A stretch of 64,000 bases of DNA, from contig NC_090365.1 of the NCBI RefSeq assembly GCF_035084215.1, positions 6,138,001-6,202,000 on the forward strand, in the 5' to 3' direction. The notes under the pieces are model-generated. The model had not been told where the DNA came from. It searched no databases and saw nothing but the letters and a program-made list of their open reading frames with translations. Source of the stretch: Heptranchias perlo (Eukaryota). The translations under genes and the position numbers were made by a program. This document shows positions 34,860 through 49,561 of this stretch, piece by piece. The stretch's first letter is position 1, and every line of letters starts with the position of its first letter.

Positions 34860-35210
34860 AAGTCCCACTTCAGAGGCTTGAGGCCGACGCTCCAGCGCAG
34901 GGTTGAGGGAGTGCTGCACTGTCAGAGGTGCTGTCTTTCGGATGAGACGTTAAACCGAGGACCTGTCTGTCCCCTCAGGTGGTTATTAAAAGATCCCTTG
35001 GTACTATTTTGAAGAAGAGTTCTCCCCGGTATCCTGATCAACGTCACTAAAACAGATTATCTGATCAGCTGTTTGTGGGATCTTGCTGTGCGCAAATTGG
35101 CTGCCGCGTTTCCAACATTACAACAGCGACGACACTTTAAAAGTACTTCACTGGCCGTGAAGCGCTTTGGGACATCCTGAGGTTGTGAAAGGCGCTATAT
35201 AAATGCAATT
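34860..35210 (+). mobile_element. SINE (same family as 5938)
   Basis: Core plus gaaaggcgctatataaatgcaa tail. Confidence 0.8.
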
Positions 35211-37649
35211 TCTGTACTGTGCATTGAACGAGGTGTGGAGCTTATACATTGCAATAAAAAGATGTCCACACATTTGACAGTGTCACAAGCACATCAAGCA
35301 AGAGACAGATGAGAAATAGGTTTCCGTGATGAAATAAAGCTGTTCCCAGCTACTTCCGAGAGCGATACTAGCTTTGTTCTTTGATAGTTATAGATCCCTG
35401 ATAGACTTCAGAACCTATTTAGTCCCACTTCCCCAGAGGGGACACGGAACAGTGGCCTTAAAGGGATAGCCCACAGATAATTACAATCACTGCTTGGGAT
35501 TGAAATTCCAGTACAAGTTTCTTCACCCACCTGGTTCACCATCGGTGCCTTCCGCAGCTTCAAAATCGAGCGGGTGCTTTGCAATTAAAGACAGTCGAGT
35601 AATGTCAGGGGTGCAAAAATTATGTTTATTCCAGGGCACAGTGACATCAGAAGGTCAAAAATAAACCAGTTCTGAGTGTTTAGTATGCCGATGTATATAT
35701 TATAGAATCTAAAAATCATTACTTAAGAGAAAAAAAAAAGCATAATTAACAAGGGTTTTGGAATCTACTGCAAATTTTATTGGACTAAACTGAAACAACT
35801 CCATGGCAAGGTTCAGTTTTTAAAAAAATGGACAATAAAGTAAAAAAAAACTCACAAAATAAGCAGCACAGCTTAACCATAGGAAAAAAAGTTACCTTTT
35901 CTTAAATAATTGTAATTTGCCTTCGTAAAGCAAAGCAATAATAAAGAGAAAACTAAAAAATGATTTAATTTTCTTGTTGAGATGCATGTGTTTATGGCGA
36001 CCAGTCACAGCCATAACAAAATTAACATGTAAAACTTGTCTAATAATAATCAACCTAATTTTGGAGAGGATTCTCCAGCTAACAAAAAGAAATAGTTACT
36101 GGAGGGTCATAAATACTCTCCCCAAACAGCCTTTGCAGTTCGTTTAACAATGAATGGGGGTTGTTAGGGTTACACTCCTAACCCTTTCCCCCACTTGCCT
36201 CCATTATATCTCTCTCTTTGCTGCTCTCAGGATGTGCGGCCAGCTGTTGCCAGTGCCATGCTAGTACTGGGCACCATTGATGGGTGGTTGGAGATCAGAA
36301 TCTGTCTCTTTCTCCCTTTTTGCTCCCCATCTCTTCTGAAGGTGCTGGCTCTGTGGCTGGGAGGGGAGGGGGGGTCGGGGGCTGCTCCGCAGGCTCTGGG
36401 CACCCCTCTCATAACTCTGCCCTTCTCGCCATTTCCACACGGCGAGCCGGCAGTGGCATTTGGCAACGTAGAATCATACAGCACCAGGAGGTCGTCATTC
36501 GGCATACTATCCCACTGTGGGAAGGGGGGGGGGGGTGGGGGGTGGCAAAAGAAATCGCCCTGAGTCTAATCCAGTCCTCACCCAACAGCAGGAGCATTGG
36601 ATAATGGTCAGGGGATCCTACCTCAAACAACACACCTCAAAACAGATGGTACATGCCAACCCATGACCCAGTTAGCAATTAAACTTCACAAACGTGACTG
36701 ACACATTCGTGAGACCAGCATCCGGTGGCTTCAACAAGCTGAACAGCAATCAACGTTAAATTGTCTTTAGTTAACAGGCCTCCTCTGGAAAAAAAATTAG
36801 GTTCAATTTCTTTTTAATGTACATTTTGTTTTAAAGTCTTTTTATTCTACCTGTTATTTGAAGCATCCACAGCACTCCACACAGCAGCTCTTTCAGATTT
36901 CAATCCAATGTACTTCTTACAGTTTTTGTTGGGCACAGAAATGTGCTTGGATGAGGGACAAGCATGTCGACTAAAGGGGGCTCAAACTGTACTTTTTAAA
37001 GCATATATCCTATTTTTAAAAATGTTGTTTAATACCCAGGTAGATGTACCTCCTGTTACTTTCTCCAGCTCTTGCCTCAACTTTTTGTTCACTGAATCAT
37101 TTCAAACCTCATTGGGATTTTTAAAATTCTTATAAAAAAGGACCAATGACTGAGCAATGAGGGGAATGCAGGGGAACCAGATCCAAATATATGCTCCTTC
37201 CCACGGGGGTGGGAGTGATGGGTGGGGGTGGAAGGCAAAATTAAAATTCCTGGTTACATCAGACCGTTTCATTCCAAGACCATTACTGATTTGTTCACAG
37301 GATCATCGAAATGATTCATCGAGAAGAAGCAAAAATCCGACTCTGACTGGATAGAATCCTCAGACTTGCTCACAGTACAACTTGCTAAAAGATTACTGGC
37401 CAGCTCCACCCTCGAGATTGTGCTGGGTTTACAATCGATTAGAGACTGCCAGTTTGGGTGGGAGAGGGAAGGTGTAGAGGGAACTAGTTAAATGAAATTT
37501 AACACTGTTGTCGGGGGTAACAGGTCTATGGGCACAGTCTGCCCTCCTGTACCTCAACTAAGTAGCCACTCTTGCACGGGTAATTTGATCAATAGGGCAA
37601 TAAAACTGAACCCAACCCTATCTCCAGCTAATGTCCACGCTCACACTTT

Positions 37650-37945
37650 CAACAACAGATTGCATTTATATCGCGCCTTTAACATAGTAAAATGTCCCAA
37701 GGCACTTCACAGGAACGATTATCAAACAAAATTTGACACCGAGCCACGTAAGGAGATATTAGGACAGGTGGCCAAAAGCTTGGTCAAAGAGGGAGGTTTT
37801 AAGGAGTGGCTTAAAAGGAGAGAGAGAGGTAGAGAGGTTTATGGAGGGAATTCCAGAGCTTAGGGCCGAGGCAGCTGAAGTTACGGCCGCCAATGGTGGA
37901 GCGATTAAAATCGGAGATGTGCAAGAGGCCAGAATTGGAGGAGCC
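37650..37945 (-). mobile_element. L2-like LINE 3' fragment
   Basis: Same sequence as the 2808/18390 copies, uninterrupted. Confidence 0.8.
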
Positions 37946-40900
37946 CCAGTACAAGGAGTACGTGGTAGCCAGGAGCAGGGATCCCGGTTGATTTTTTGCC
38001 TTCCTAGTTCAATTGTAATGCTCCTTCCGCTACCCCAGTTAAGATCTTGGCCACACGGAATTGGTATTCCCAGGCAGGGTGCAATGCTAGGGTAAGTTAT
38101 CGAACGACTTCACACATCAGGCCACGTCCCTTCCCAGACACCACGCCTCAGTGTATCTCAGTGCAAACTTATTACAACTCCCCTCTTAACAGGAGCTCAG
38201 AGCTTGGATACAGGAGACTCCTTATAACAGTAAGGAGCCCTTCAGCGGAGTTTGTTAATAAAATGTGACTGCGTCTCTCTTTCCTGAACCTTTCGATGTC
38301 CCCCTTTAGGTTTCAATGGGAAAAAAAATCCCATGAAAACCACCCAGAGTTTGAAGGGAAACACAATGACATCTAAAAGACTGGTCTGGATCATCTTAGA
38401 TTGGAATGTCAAAAATTAAACTAAAAAACAAAATTGCAAAGAAAAGAAAGAGGAAGATGATGACGCAGGCAGGGGCAGGGAGGTGCGGAATGTGTTTCAG
38501 TTCAACAGAAAAGGCCACCCATTAAAGGTTAGCGGAGAAAACAGAAAGTACACCAGCCAGCATCAACAACTTCCATCTCACTCATTCACGGGAGAGGAAG
38601 CTCATTCACCCCCTTCTTAGCACATCCGTCTGAGAATGGATGCAACTGGTTACACGATTCCAATGCTTTTGTTTCTGCCACCCGATCGGGGAGACCACCC
38701 CACGTGTTTGCACACACAACTCCTGACATCGGTCCTAAATTTGCCTTTTGAACCTGTATCCTCTTGCCATACAGTCACGGTTTGAACTCGTAGTACTGTT
38801 TTCTGCTACGTACGCCCTGGTATTTCCTAGGTTAGAAGGTTGTTTATTAATACACAATTAAAACAAATTACTGACAAAAATACAGGTTTTGGGATTACAA
38901 CTGAAGATGAGAGAGGATGATCCCACAATCTAACCACACACCGACCGGTCAGTGGAGAGAAGAGAAAGAAATGTGTGTCAGTAACGCCTCCATATATTGC
39001 AGGAGGTATCACAGGCCTGCCTTCAGTGAGTTACCACTATTTGGATAGTGCAAATATTCCAGCCATCCCAGCCTGTTGGGAATAAATATTTCAAGGCGTG
39101 CCACTTTCCTTATGGTCTTATGTATCAAATGAAGGATAAATATTTAAAATAAAACAAACCTATTAAGCAGCAGTTTTCAATCACCACAGGAATTTTCTCT
39201 TGGCAGAACAAAAGGTTACTGCTGAAATATTTTCCAGTCTCACATTACACTGGCCTTTCACAAAGCAACTCATTCCACATCTGGCTATTCAGATTTTACA
39301 CAGAACCAGTGTCAACAAAAAGTTTGTTACTGCCCAGTAAACATTTCTTCACTCACTCCAGTGCTATTCCAGCCTCCCATCTCCACGGTCTCCTCTACTC
39401 CCCCCCACCCACACATGGCACCGCACTCCCTCAGCTCTGAAGACCCACAAAACAAGTGGGTCTCCACTGCAACGAGAGCAAGGAAGACAGCCACTTCCCG
39501 GAGACTTGCCATCAGCAGCAAGGGAACTGCCTCTCCAGTCTTGAAATGGGAAAAGTGCCTTTAATTGAAGCGATGATGTTTGTCCATACCAGGTAAAGTC
39601 GAGTGCTGGAATAGCTGCCGATGTGCTTACTCACCCTTCTTCAGTCCCTGTGATTAAATAATAAGTTCATTTTCTACTAAAATTCATCTTCTCAAGGCCC
39701 CCCACCCTCAAAGTCTTGGGTTGCCTGTGGAACTGTACTCACTGACTGTCCTCCAGGACCTCAATCAAGCAGTCAGTCTCTGCGAGTCTAGACAGGCTAT
39801 TCGACCGTGAGGGCACAACACAGCCGAGCCCAATCCTGTACTCACTCGACGCCCGTACAAACGCGCACTCTGGCAAGACCGCTGGATAGAAATCAGGAGC
39901 GGGAACCCCCGAGTGATTGTCCCCTTCCTACCCTAGGGATGCAGAGGTCAATTACTGCCCATACTGAGATCAGCAAACTCAGCACCAAAGCTGTACTGGT
40001 GACATTTTATGGCGTACGTTATGGCACCCATCTCGCTACCCCAGTGGGAGATTAGCTAACCCAGTACAATGAGTTGAGCCTTACTGGCCTGTGTGGTTCA
40101 GTACCACACTGGGGTGTTTCACTTAGCCACTGAAGAGGCCATAAACTGGGGGTCAGATGAGAGAAATTCCCGTATCAAATTAGGGTACAAACCAGGCGGA
40201 AAATTTGTGTTACTGGAAGCATTGATTGGGTCTGGAGGTTGGTGTTTGTGAGGTGTAAATGAGAGCTTCCAGCATGCTCACTTGCAAATGGGATCCAGAC
40301 AGAACCTCTCGCTTAAGAATTTGTGACATTATAGAGGGGGTGCAATGCTGTCGAGATGCTTTAACTCTCCCGTCACAACTATTTTCAAAAGCAAACTCAC
40401 TATAAATGTTAAACAACTTAAGTTAAATGGGACAATTTACAAAGAACGACAACCTTGAGAAAACTTTTAGTGTGGCGGGAAAGGTAGGGATTAGAAATGA
40501 TATTTTTTTTGGCAGCAGCATCCCGACAGAGGGCAAAACGACCCTAAAAATTTTAGGATTGCTGAACAAAACAGAGCACAGCATCCCTTTCAGTACCAGA
40601 TGTCTGATACCCATTAGCATACAATTGCCAGGAGCAGAGAGAAGCCAGACTTTCCAGTTAATTAAAAAAAAAGCTTCTTACAGCAACTTTTTTAAAAAAA
40701 ACACCAATTCTCATTTTTTGGAGATGGCTTTGCCTCTTCACTCTAGCTGCTCAGTGTGGCTGTTTGCATTTTCAGGTTGCCCTCACATCCAATGTGCAGC
40801 AGAGTTTAGCACCTATTCCCACTCAATAATGGATAAATATTTCTGCACAAATTAGCTGCTGCAGATTTCAACATGGCATTTTTTTTTAAAGCTCCTTTAA

Positions 40901-43900
40901 TGTCTCTTCCCCCCCCCTCCACCACCCTCCTTTTTTTAATCCTTGCAGTTTCATTTTTATATAAACACAAAAAGAGAATTTGCCTAGCAATCCCTCTGGG
41001 TGGTTTATGAATGCTTACATGTCGCGGATGTCCGTTATGAAATGTGTGTCTGCCCTCACTCTTCCCTGCCCAGTGCACCAGCATCAGCACCGCTCTCCGT
41101 GCTCAACGTGTCTTCGAGAAGGATAGAAGCAGGAAGGGTGCGGAGGGGTGCTTTTACACTGGATCAGAGGCCAGCAGCTGGGATCGAAACTGATGAACAC
41201 CACTTTCTGTAATAAATGGCAACTTCCAGGAACATGAAATAATAGAACAATCCAGGAAAAAAACAAAAGAGTTCCAACTTTTAAGCACTTTTGGATATTT
41301 ATTGTTTAGTAAGAAAATTATTTTCCTGGCGTCAGACAGAACACAAAGGGATGTCCTAACTTTACACCAGAGCAGAGATTCCTGGTTTCTTTAGAAGCTG
41401 CACTCTGGGAGTGGATTTCTTTGAAGTTTAGCAAATGGATAATGGTTGGGTCAAATTCTGGAATCACAAGGAAAGGGGAAAGAAATCCCAACTTGTTACT
41501 GTGGGTTTTAATCACACCGGTGATGAGCGTCTTTACCCGGGTGAATAGGTGTGAGGAGTACAAACAGCCCACACTCACCTCTCTCAAATGATCCCTTTCC
41601 AGGCAACGCTCAGCTGTACAGCCTCAGTCCACAAGAGGGGCCAGTGGAACCTGAACCCAATTCCTCCCACAGTGTTGCTGCACGAAAGCCATTGTTTCAG
41701 GATACGTAGCCCCCCGGACCCTGGCCTGGTGCAGCTGTTTTCTTTCCCTCGTCTCCCAGAGGAGCCAACTGACACGGTGACACCATTCTTTATCATCAAC
41801 TGAGGTAACAAGTGTCGACATGTTGGTTGAATGCGGTGGGTGGCCCAGCCATTCTCACCCAACAGCCATACACGTACTCTCGGTGTGGGGGGGGGGGGGG
41901 GTGGGGGGGGACTGGGTCGTCATCAAGGGTGGGAAACCTGTCGGACTTAATCATCTTTTTAGCTTGAGGATCAATTACTGCCACCCTGCTGAGATCAGCC
42001 CAGCCCAGATATCAAACCTGGGACATTTCAGATCGGCATGGTTCTGTTCCACGCTGGGTGGGGCAAAGTTATCAACAGAACTTTTTGGTACTTTCCGAAA
42101 CGAGACACAACTGCACAACATAAACAAGTAACTTTACGTCAGGACTCCCATTATGTCCAGGTGATTCCAGGACTAGTGGCCTGTGAGGTACATTAATGAC
42201 GAAACTGGAGCTAAACATCCTAAGATCCATTACCCAGGATTTGAAGTTGCCTGTGAGAGAAATGTTAACGTGCTCCCAGAAATGGATATATTCCAGTACG
42301 TTTAATTGTCAAGGTGCTGAAAGAAAGTGAAGTGAAACTTTAGAAACCAGGAATGCGTCCGTTCTGGCCTTCAAAAAGCAAAATATTTAAGGAACAGGCA
42401 TATTCTGAAGTTTGGCTATTAAATTCTCCCCACCCCCCCCCCCCTCCCCCGCCCGGCAGCAAAAACCCAGCTGCTACAGACTTAAAACTTTTCAACACCA
42501 GCTCCAACACTGCTTCAACATTCCTCTATTCTTTTAGACTTCAAACCCTCCCCCCTCCCAAAACCCTCTCCAATCCTGTCTTGAGAAGTACAACTTCCCT
42601 TTTACACGAGGAAGCAAACCTGTTGCAAAGGCTTTTAAAAATAATAATCATTGTGTAATAGAAAAAAAAAGGGTTACTTAACTTGTGTTTTAAACATGTA
42701 TCGCAGCTTGTAAAAAGGGGGGAGGGGGGTGAACCTTCAAACACAAATGAACTTTAAATGACTTTGGTTTAGGTCCCAATCCAGTTTGATCCATTCCAGA
42801 CCTTAGCAAGTTCCTAAAAACAGCTTGTGTCTGAGTTACCCAGCCTACCCTGCATTACTTACACCTTCACTTATGGGCAGGCTTTGCTCTTTCATTTTGA
42901 GTGGAAGTTAGCCAGGTGTTTCTGCGCAGGTTTGTGGAGCAAAAGTGTAATAACCCCTCCCCCTCCCCCCATATCTCGTCCCAAATTCATACAGGTTGAG
43001 CTCAGTACTCGAAACTGAACAGTCACCAAATTATTCTACTTTGGTTTCTGGCCCTTCTCCTGAGCTGGACAGATAACTTGCAGTAGATAAGCTTCCAATT
43101 CAGCTCCAGTCGAGACAAATTTGATTCCAGAAGAATTTCAAAGCCAAGCTGTAGGGAGCCGAACTAACTCGAAAGCCTGAAACCTCAACTGCTTAATCCC
43201 GTTGCCCGTCCTCAGTGGGTTTCAAACTGTTTGAAGTATTTTTAAAAACATGGATTCTATGGTGTAAAACTTACATACAGTGCAGCTTTCTAAACCAGAC
43301 ACAAGGCGTTTGCTACACAAACGAGAAGGGGCGGGGAGGAGTAGACAAGCTGGGCAGAAGGAGGATCAGCAAACCCTGAACTAAGCCACAACAAAAGCTA
43401 TGTAAACATGGGACAGGACCCTGCAAGAGATGAACTTTGTCCAGTTCCTAGATTGGAAAATAAAAACCTCGAGATTGGTCAACACAAAGCCTCTTATCAG
43501 GGTCTGAAATTTTACTTCAGCACAGTTTAGAGTCAGCATGCTCCCGAATGAATATTGCATTTTAACGGGTGAGTTAAATAGTCTAAATGCTGCCACAAAA
43601 TGATCCATTCGCAAGGTCTGGAATGGGAACAGATTAAAGTGGTAGTTCAGTTTTTGTCAAGTTACTCAGAAGGTTGTGCAATACATACCTCACGATAGCA
43701 CCGTACACTCACCAGGCACACAATACAACAAGGCTGCAACATACGCTGTACAGATGTCTGAATAGTAACAGGGTTGAACCTTACAGGGGACCTGCCCCTC
43801 TATACCAGTTCAAGCCTCTAATTTCAAGTGTTATTCTAAAACAGGAAACTGTTTCTATGGTAAAGTCCTGGGCAGCTGCACAACTGTTGATACAAAAAAA

Positions 43901-45289
43901 GAAATCTCCAAAACAGACCAATACACCCGAGGGTGGTAAAGTGGGATATTTATAAAACCCAAATCTTATTTTACTTGACCTGTTGGGGGAGGGAGAATGG
44001 AAGATTCCTAAGAGGACTAACGCTAAATTACTGCTCGAATACAAAAAAAAAGGATGAAACCAGGCAGTTTTAAAACTTGGGAGAATTGCATTTTGTGACG
44101 CTCAGTGCATGGTTTAGCCCCAGACTGCCTTGAAAGCCACATTTATTAGCATAGTGACTTACTGCATTTTAGTTTAAACCACTCCAGTAGAAGTTGTAGT
44201 GTTCCTAGGTCTCAGGCAAGCGATTCAAAATATAGAAATTGTTCTCAAGGTAAGAAGTCCACCTTTCATCAAACCCCGACTTTTAAGGTGCAATATTTAA
44301 TTTTGGGTTTTTTTTTTGCTTAAAAAGAGAGGCATCGCAGGATGTGATTGCATTCTGCACTTCCTCATAGTGGGGGGGGGGGGGGGCGAAAAAAAAAAAG
44401 AGGATGAGTCGCCCCCTAGGCTGTACTCTGGCACACCACGCACACAAAAAGCCCTCCCTCGCCTATTAGTTCCCTGCTCTCACTCTCTCGACCTGCTGCA
44501 AGAAAGCCTCCTCTTTAGGAAAGGGAAGAACACTTAAAATTACATTAAATCCATCCGGGCTTTATTCGTGACCTACAGCATTAACAACACTGCCACAGAT
44601 CCAACAGTCTGACTGTTCCAGCAAAAAAAAATGACCAGCCAAAGATTGAAGACGGATTTAAACAATGACTTTTAGGGCAGCTGTCCTTATTTTTGCATCA
44701 CTTAATTTTAGCAAAAACGATGGATCATGCGGCTTGTAATCTTATTCCCCAGTTAGTCACAGCTCGGCCTTTCACCAACACAGCAGACAAATCCTTTAGG
44801 GAGTGAACTTCACAAGCTGGCCATGGTTTAATGGCAGGACTCCAACTGGTGCATGAGTTCAGTTGAGTAGGAAGAGGGACAGAATTGGGTTGGGGCTGAG
44901 AAAGCATAGACAACATGGTGACTCAAAGGGGCAAGTGCCTCATTGCAACGGCACATTCAGAATGTGGGGGCTGTGGCAGAGTGACAGGACGTGTGTTCCA
45001 GCTAATTTAAGAGGGAAGGAAATAGCTTTAGGAGGGAAGAGGGGATAAAAACACAAGCTAGCTGAACAGTGGTGCCTTCTATCTGGCTTGTGTAACAGCA
45101 ATCGCTCTTTCACGCAGTTTTAAACAGGTATTTATATTTTGCAGGATACATATTGGATTTGCAGTCCCACAGGAACCAGCCACACTTCCAATGTCACTAC
45201 ATTTAATAGGCAAATCCATCCGCCTTTGTAAAGGATGACGGGAGCTTAACATTCAAGCCCAACGTTACAAATTTACCAAATCGCCTGTG

Positions 45290-45539
45290 CTTAAATTAAC
45301 AATTGTAAACAATTTTACAACACCAAGTTATAGTCCAGCAATTTTATTTTAAATTCACAAGCTTTCGGAGATTTTCTCCTTCCTCAGGCAAATGTTTCAA
45401 GATTTGCCTGAGGAAGGAGAAAATCTCCGAAAGCTTGTGAATTTAAAATAAAATTGCTGGACTATAACTTGGTGTTGTAAAATTGTTTACAATTGTCAAC
45501 CCCAGTCCATCACCGGCATCTCCACATCTTAAATTAACA
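45290..45539. mobile_element. Young Penelope-like palindromic insertion with 12-bp TSD
   Basis: Perfect 95-bp inverted arms 45299-45393 / 45402-45496, 8-nt loop, about 31-bp one-sided tail, direct repeat cttaaattaaca at 45290-45301 and 45528-45539. Confidence 0.85.
45401..45443 (+). ncRNA. Minimal type I hammerhead-ribozyme-like motif (mirror copy on - at about 45352-45394)
   Basis: CTGAGGA core (45408-14), stem II GGAGA/TCTCC, GAAA (45429-32), palindromic AGCT as stem III, stem I GATTTGC/GTGAATT. Confidence 0.6.
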
Positions 45540-48500
45540 GGCAGTGCAGGTGGTGACAGGCCATGGTTTTACCTGGCTAATTTGCCATTCCTGGCACTCT
45601 GATCGTTGTCAGGTGCCAGGAGCAATGTGCTCAACTGCAGCCGTGAATTGCCATTGGCCGAGAACGGTCTTTGGAGGCAGGATAGAAAACAGCAGTCTCT
45701 AAGGGGCCAGCGACACACTGCAAGCAAATACAGACCCATTCTCCCTGCACCCTCCCAGCAATACAAATGGCCAACACATGTGCTGCATTCATGCATATGT
45801 TGTAACAGCTTAGCAAAACACAAACATAAGTGACGGAAAATATATCTAGGGAGCCGCATTTTCATGGTGGCGATAGTGTTTAAATAATGAGATGGGTTGT
45901 TGCCTTTAAAACAAGTTTTAACTGAACAAAAAAGGTAAATGAAGTGGGAACATGGACCAAAGCATTCTGCAGGCATGCTCAGAGCGGGGAGCTCAAGGTC
46001 CAGTACATTTTAAAAAAAGCAAGAACAAAAACCATCTTTTTAGCCTCCCCTCGGAGTCTGGATAAACCACACACAGAGATCCAAACATGAGGAGCATCTA
46101 TTCACTCTACACACAGCGACACCAATTAGGGTCAGATTCTTTGGCAAACTATCAAGGCGTCCATCCTGCTTTAATAATGTGCCCGTGACTGTTCTTGTAT
46201 AAATCAGCACTTTCAAGAATAACTTTCCTGCAGCTCGGTAAGGTGGGGGGGGGGGGGTTGTAAAAGTACATTTCATGCCCCAGTCGCAAAATCATAGACC
46301 ATGGCACAAGTTTCAACAGGGATTTTTGATGCTATGCAAAGATGTTCCTTTGTACAAAATGATATATTCTCGATTACATGCTCCCTTACTTTCTTTTGTC
46401 ATGTCTCTGGAAGTTGGAAAAACAAGGGTTTTGCTGTACATCGGGTAGGGAATTGTTGATTTAGGAAGGGCTCACCCTCCATCTTCCTGCGGGCAGGGTG
46501 ACCAGCCCTCCTGTTTTTGAGATGGACAGTCCAGTTTCGCCAGGACAGCAATTGTGCTATTTGAGAAAAGGACAGCTTAAAAAAAAAAGTGGTTTTCCAA
46601 TCCTGGGCTTTTTTTTTTTAAGAAGCAAAAAGGACGTGAGCTGCCACGAGCAGGCGATTCCGTGCATGGGGCAAATCACCTCCTATTCTTGGCGCACGCA
46701 GCACCGATCCCATTTTTAAAGTTTATAAAAAAAAAATGCCCCAGTCTGGTTTGGGACTGGGCAGAAGGTGAGCATCCTACCCCTGTACCCGCCTCTTCAA
46801 GACGACAGTTAGGACAGCATTTCTTACCTAATGAAACAAAATCTGTTGACCAGAGTGACAGGACCATTTAAAAAAATAATTCAAAGTCATTTAAAGTCGT
46901 GCCTGTGTTCTGTGTTGTACATGTCCCCCCTCCTAAAATGTAAACACATAAAACTTCTTTGCTGAAGCCACAAGACTCCAAACAAAAACAAAATGTGATT
47001 CATATAAACAGGCCCTTATATAACTGAAACCCTTTCGAGAATTATTCTCACTTTTCCATACATACATTTACTATATACATGAAACCTTTTTTTTTCTTTG
47101 AACAACATACACATTTTCTCCCCCCCTCCCCCATTCTGTGCCTCATGCTAGAAAATTATGACCTATGAACTCTCTTTAAATGCAACTGTAAGCGATCGGG
47201 GAGGATTACACAAATACACGGCTCCCCGATTTCTTGCTTTTTTTTTTGTTAAATTTTTCAAAAAAAAGTTACCTTTCCTTACATCGTCACAAAAAGAAAT
47301 ACCTTGTTCTGAAAGCACCAACATTACAAAACTGCAGAAAACAGTTTTTTTTTTGTGGTCGATACAGATGTTGCATTTTGATCAATTAGGGGAGGTACTG
47401 GGCCTTTTCCCTCTCTCCGTGCACCCCCCTCACCCCCTTCCACCCTGACTAGAGGCAGGACGCTGGTTGTTTTCGGTGTAATCGGCTTGCAGTCCCGTAG
47501 CTGCATATTTACGTTCGGACATTTCCTACCGGCAAATGAAAAAAAGGCACGAAAAGCAACCGTGCTTTTACATAGTGAAACGCCAATATCCCACCCGGCT
47601 ACAGAACACTTCTGCGTTTGAGCAGCAAACACAGAAACTGAATTCTCAGTGCGTATGTCCGATTTCTCCCCGAGGTCTCTCACTGGGTGCCTAAACGTAG
47701 CACAGCCTTGGGTCCTTCTTCGCTGTGCCACTGCTCAATAATCCAATTGGGGTGCCCCTGCAACAAGCCACATGTCACGCTCTCTCCCCTCACCCCAAAG
47801 CAAAAACCCGGTCCGGCAACTCCAAACTGGCAAAATCTACTGCAGACACAACTGGGATGAAGTGTTAGGACAGCTCTTCAATTCCATCCTAAGACAAGAG
47901 TTCCCTGGGATGGGGGTGGGAGTTATAGGTTCTACCCCAAAATTTTTGCAGCGAGCTTCTCAGCTGCTCTGGTACCAGACCAAGAGCTCTGGGAAAAAAA
48001 GTGTTCTACTCTGGGTTTCATAGGATTCATTTGTAACTGCAAGCCCTACACACTGATGAAGGTGGTTGTTTGGACAGTGGTGGTGGTGGGTTTGGGGAGG
48101 GATGAGTATTTATCATCCTGGTTTAATCTTTCACAGGGCTGGAAAAACAGAGTCCAGTTTCTCATGGTCAAGACCCAATACCAGAAACACTCCCTCGGTT
48201 ATAGTATGATAAGCGCTGGAAAGCTCAGAGCTCCTGGAAGGGTTTTAGATAAACGCTTAGTTTGTTTATCACTGCTCGTAGGTCTTGCTACTGGGGTTTA
48301 AATTGGAGCCACGTGGCCAGATTCCTTCAAGGCCGCTCATTTCTTTCAACCATTCCAAAATCCACGCGAGTATGGAAATCCCGTCCTGAAGGAGTCAAAC
48401 AGGATTTCCGACTCCTGCCATCTCAAGCTCTTCATCCATGGTGAATGTTCTGCAAGTCAGCTAGCTCCCAATTCCCCAACCTCCCGAAAAGGTCAAGACA

Positions 48501-49561
48501 GCGTTCATGAGATTCAAAAATAAAACAAAACAGAATCACACATCTGACCCACAGCCAAACGAGAACGACGAAACGGTCATCGAGCCTCCGCCAGGAGCCG
48601 AGTCATCGACTATGTTGTTGATGGGGGCATTCGTAGTGATAGATTCGGTGGGGGTGGGGGGAGTGCCTCATGCTACGAATCCATAGTTGAGAAAGTGGGA
48701 AAACAATATCAACCACAACGCATTTGAGAAGGAGTAAATTCAGTCCAAACCGTGCTATTCTGGAGCCCGTTCAGATGTATTTTTGCTGTCAATACAAGCA
48801 CAAAGATACAATTGTATATAAGCAACGCAATAACCCTAGAAAAAAAAAAGTCAGTTGTTTCCCCATTTTGCTCACCACATTGATTAATCCTCTTTGCAGC
48901 ACCTCAACTGGAACATGCTGGAATAGCAGATTGGATAATGCAACATATTTTTATTTTTTTTTAGTAATGCGGGCTTCAGAACAGAACATCTCTTTTATAT
49001 ATTTTAAAACTTTCTTAATGGTTAACTTGTATTGTATTCATCACTTTGACAGTTGACCAGAGGTTTTAGGTTAAATTAGTGATAGACAGATACAAATGCC
49101 AGACCTGTACTACTGCCAAGTACTGCATGCACTGGTACCAGACCTATATGACAGCACAGTGATTAACATGTACAGGTTTATGTTAAGACCATTGTAACAC
49201 CAGCCCAAGAGTTCCGGTCTCCTCTCTTTCTGTCATGAGCACTGCTCACCACCTTACACTGTCAATCACTAATTTCAGGTTAGTTCCCAGTTTTTAAATT
49301 AAGTTTTGAGCTATACGACTTATTTGTACCGGTGCAGAACCTTTTACCAGATGGGTACTGAAAAAAAGTTAAAACAAAAATATACTGGAAAACAGACCGG
49401 AAGTAGTTTGGGTCCCGGTCTATTTCCCCCAAGGTTAAATAAAGGTCAGCGGCAATATACATTGTAAGGTGTAGTGACCCTCTCAAACTTCAGTGGCATT
49501 TCCTGCAGCTGCTGAGTGATGTCAGTCTCTCAGTAAGTGTTCACAAGCGAAGTACAGCGTA

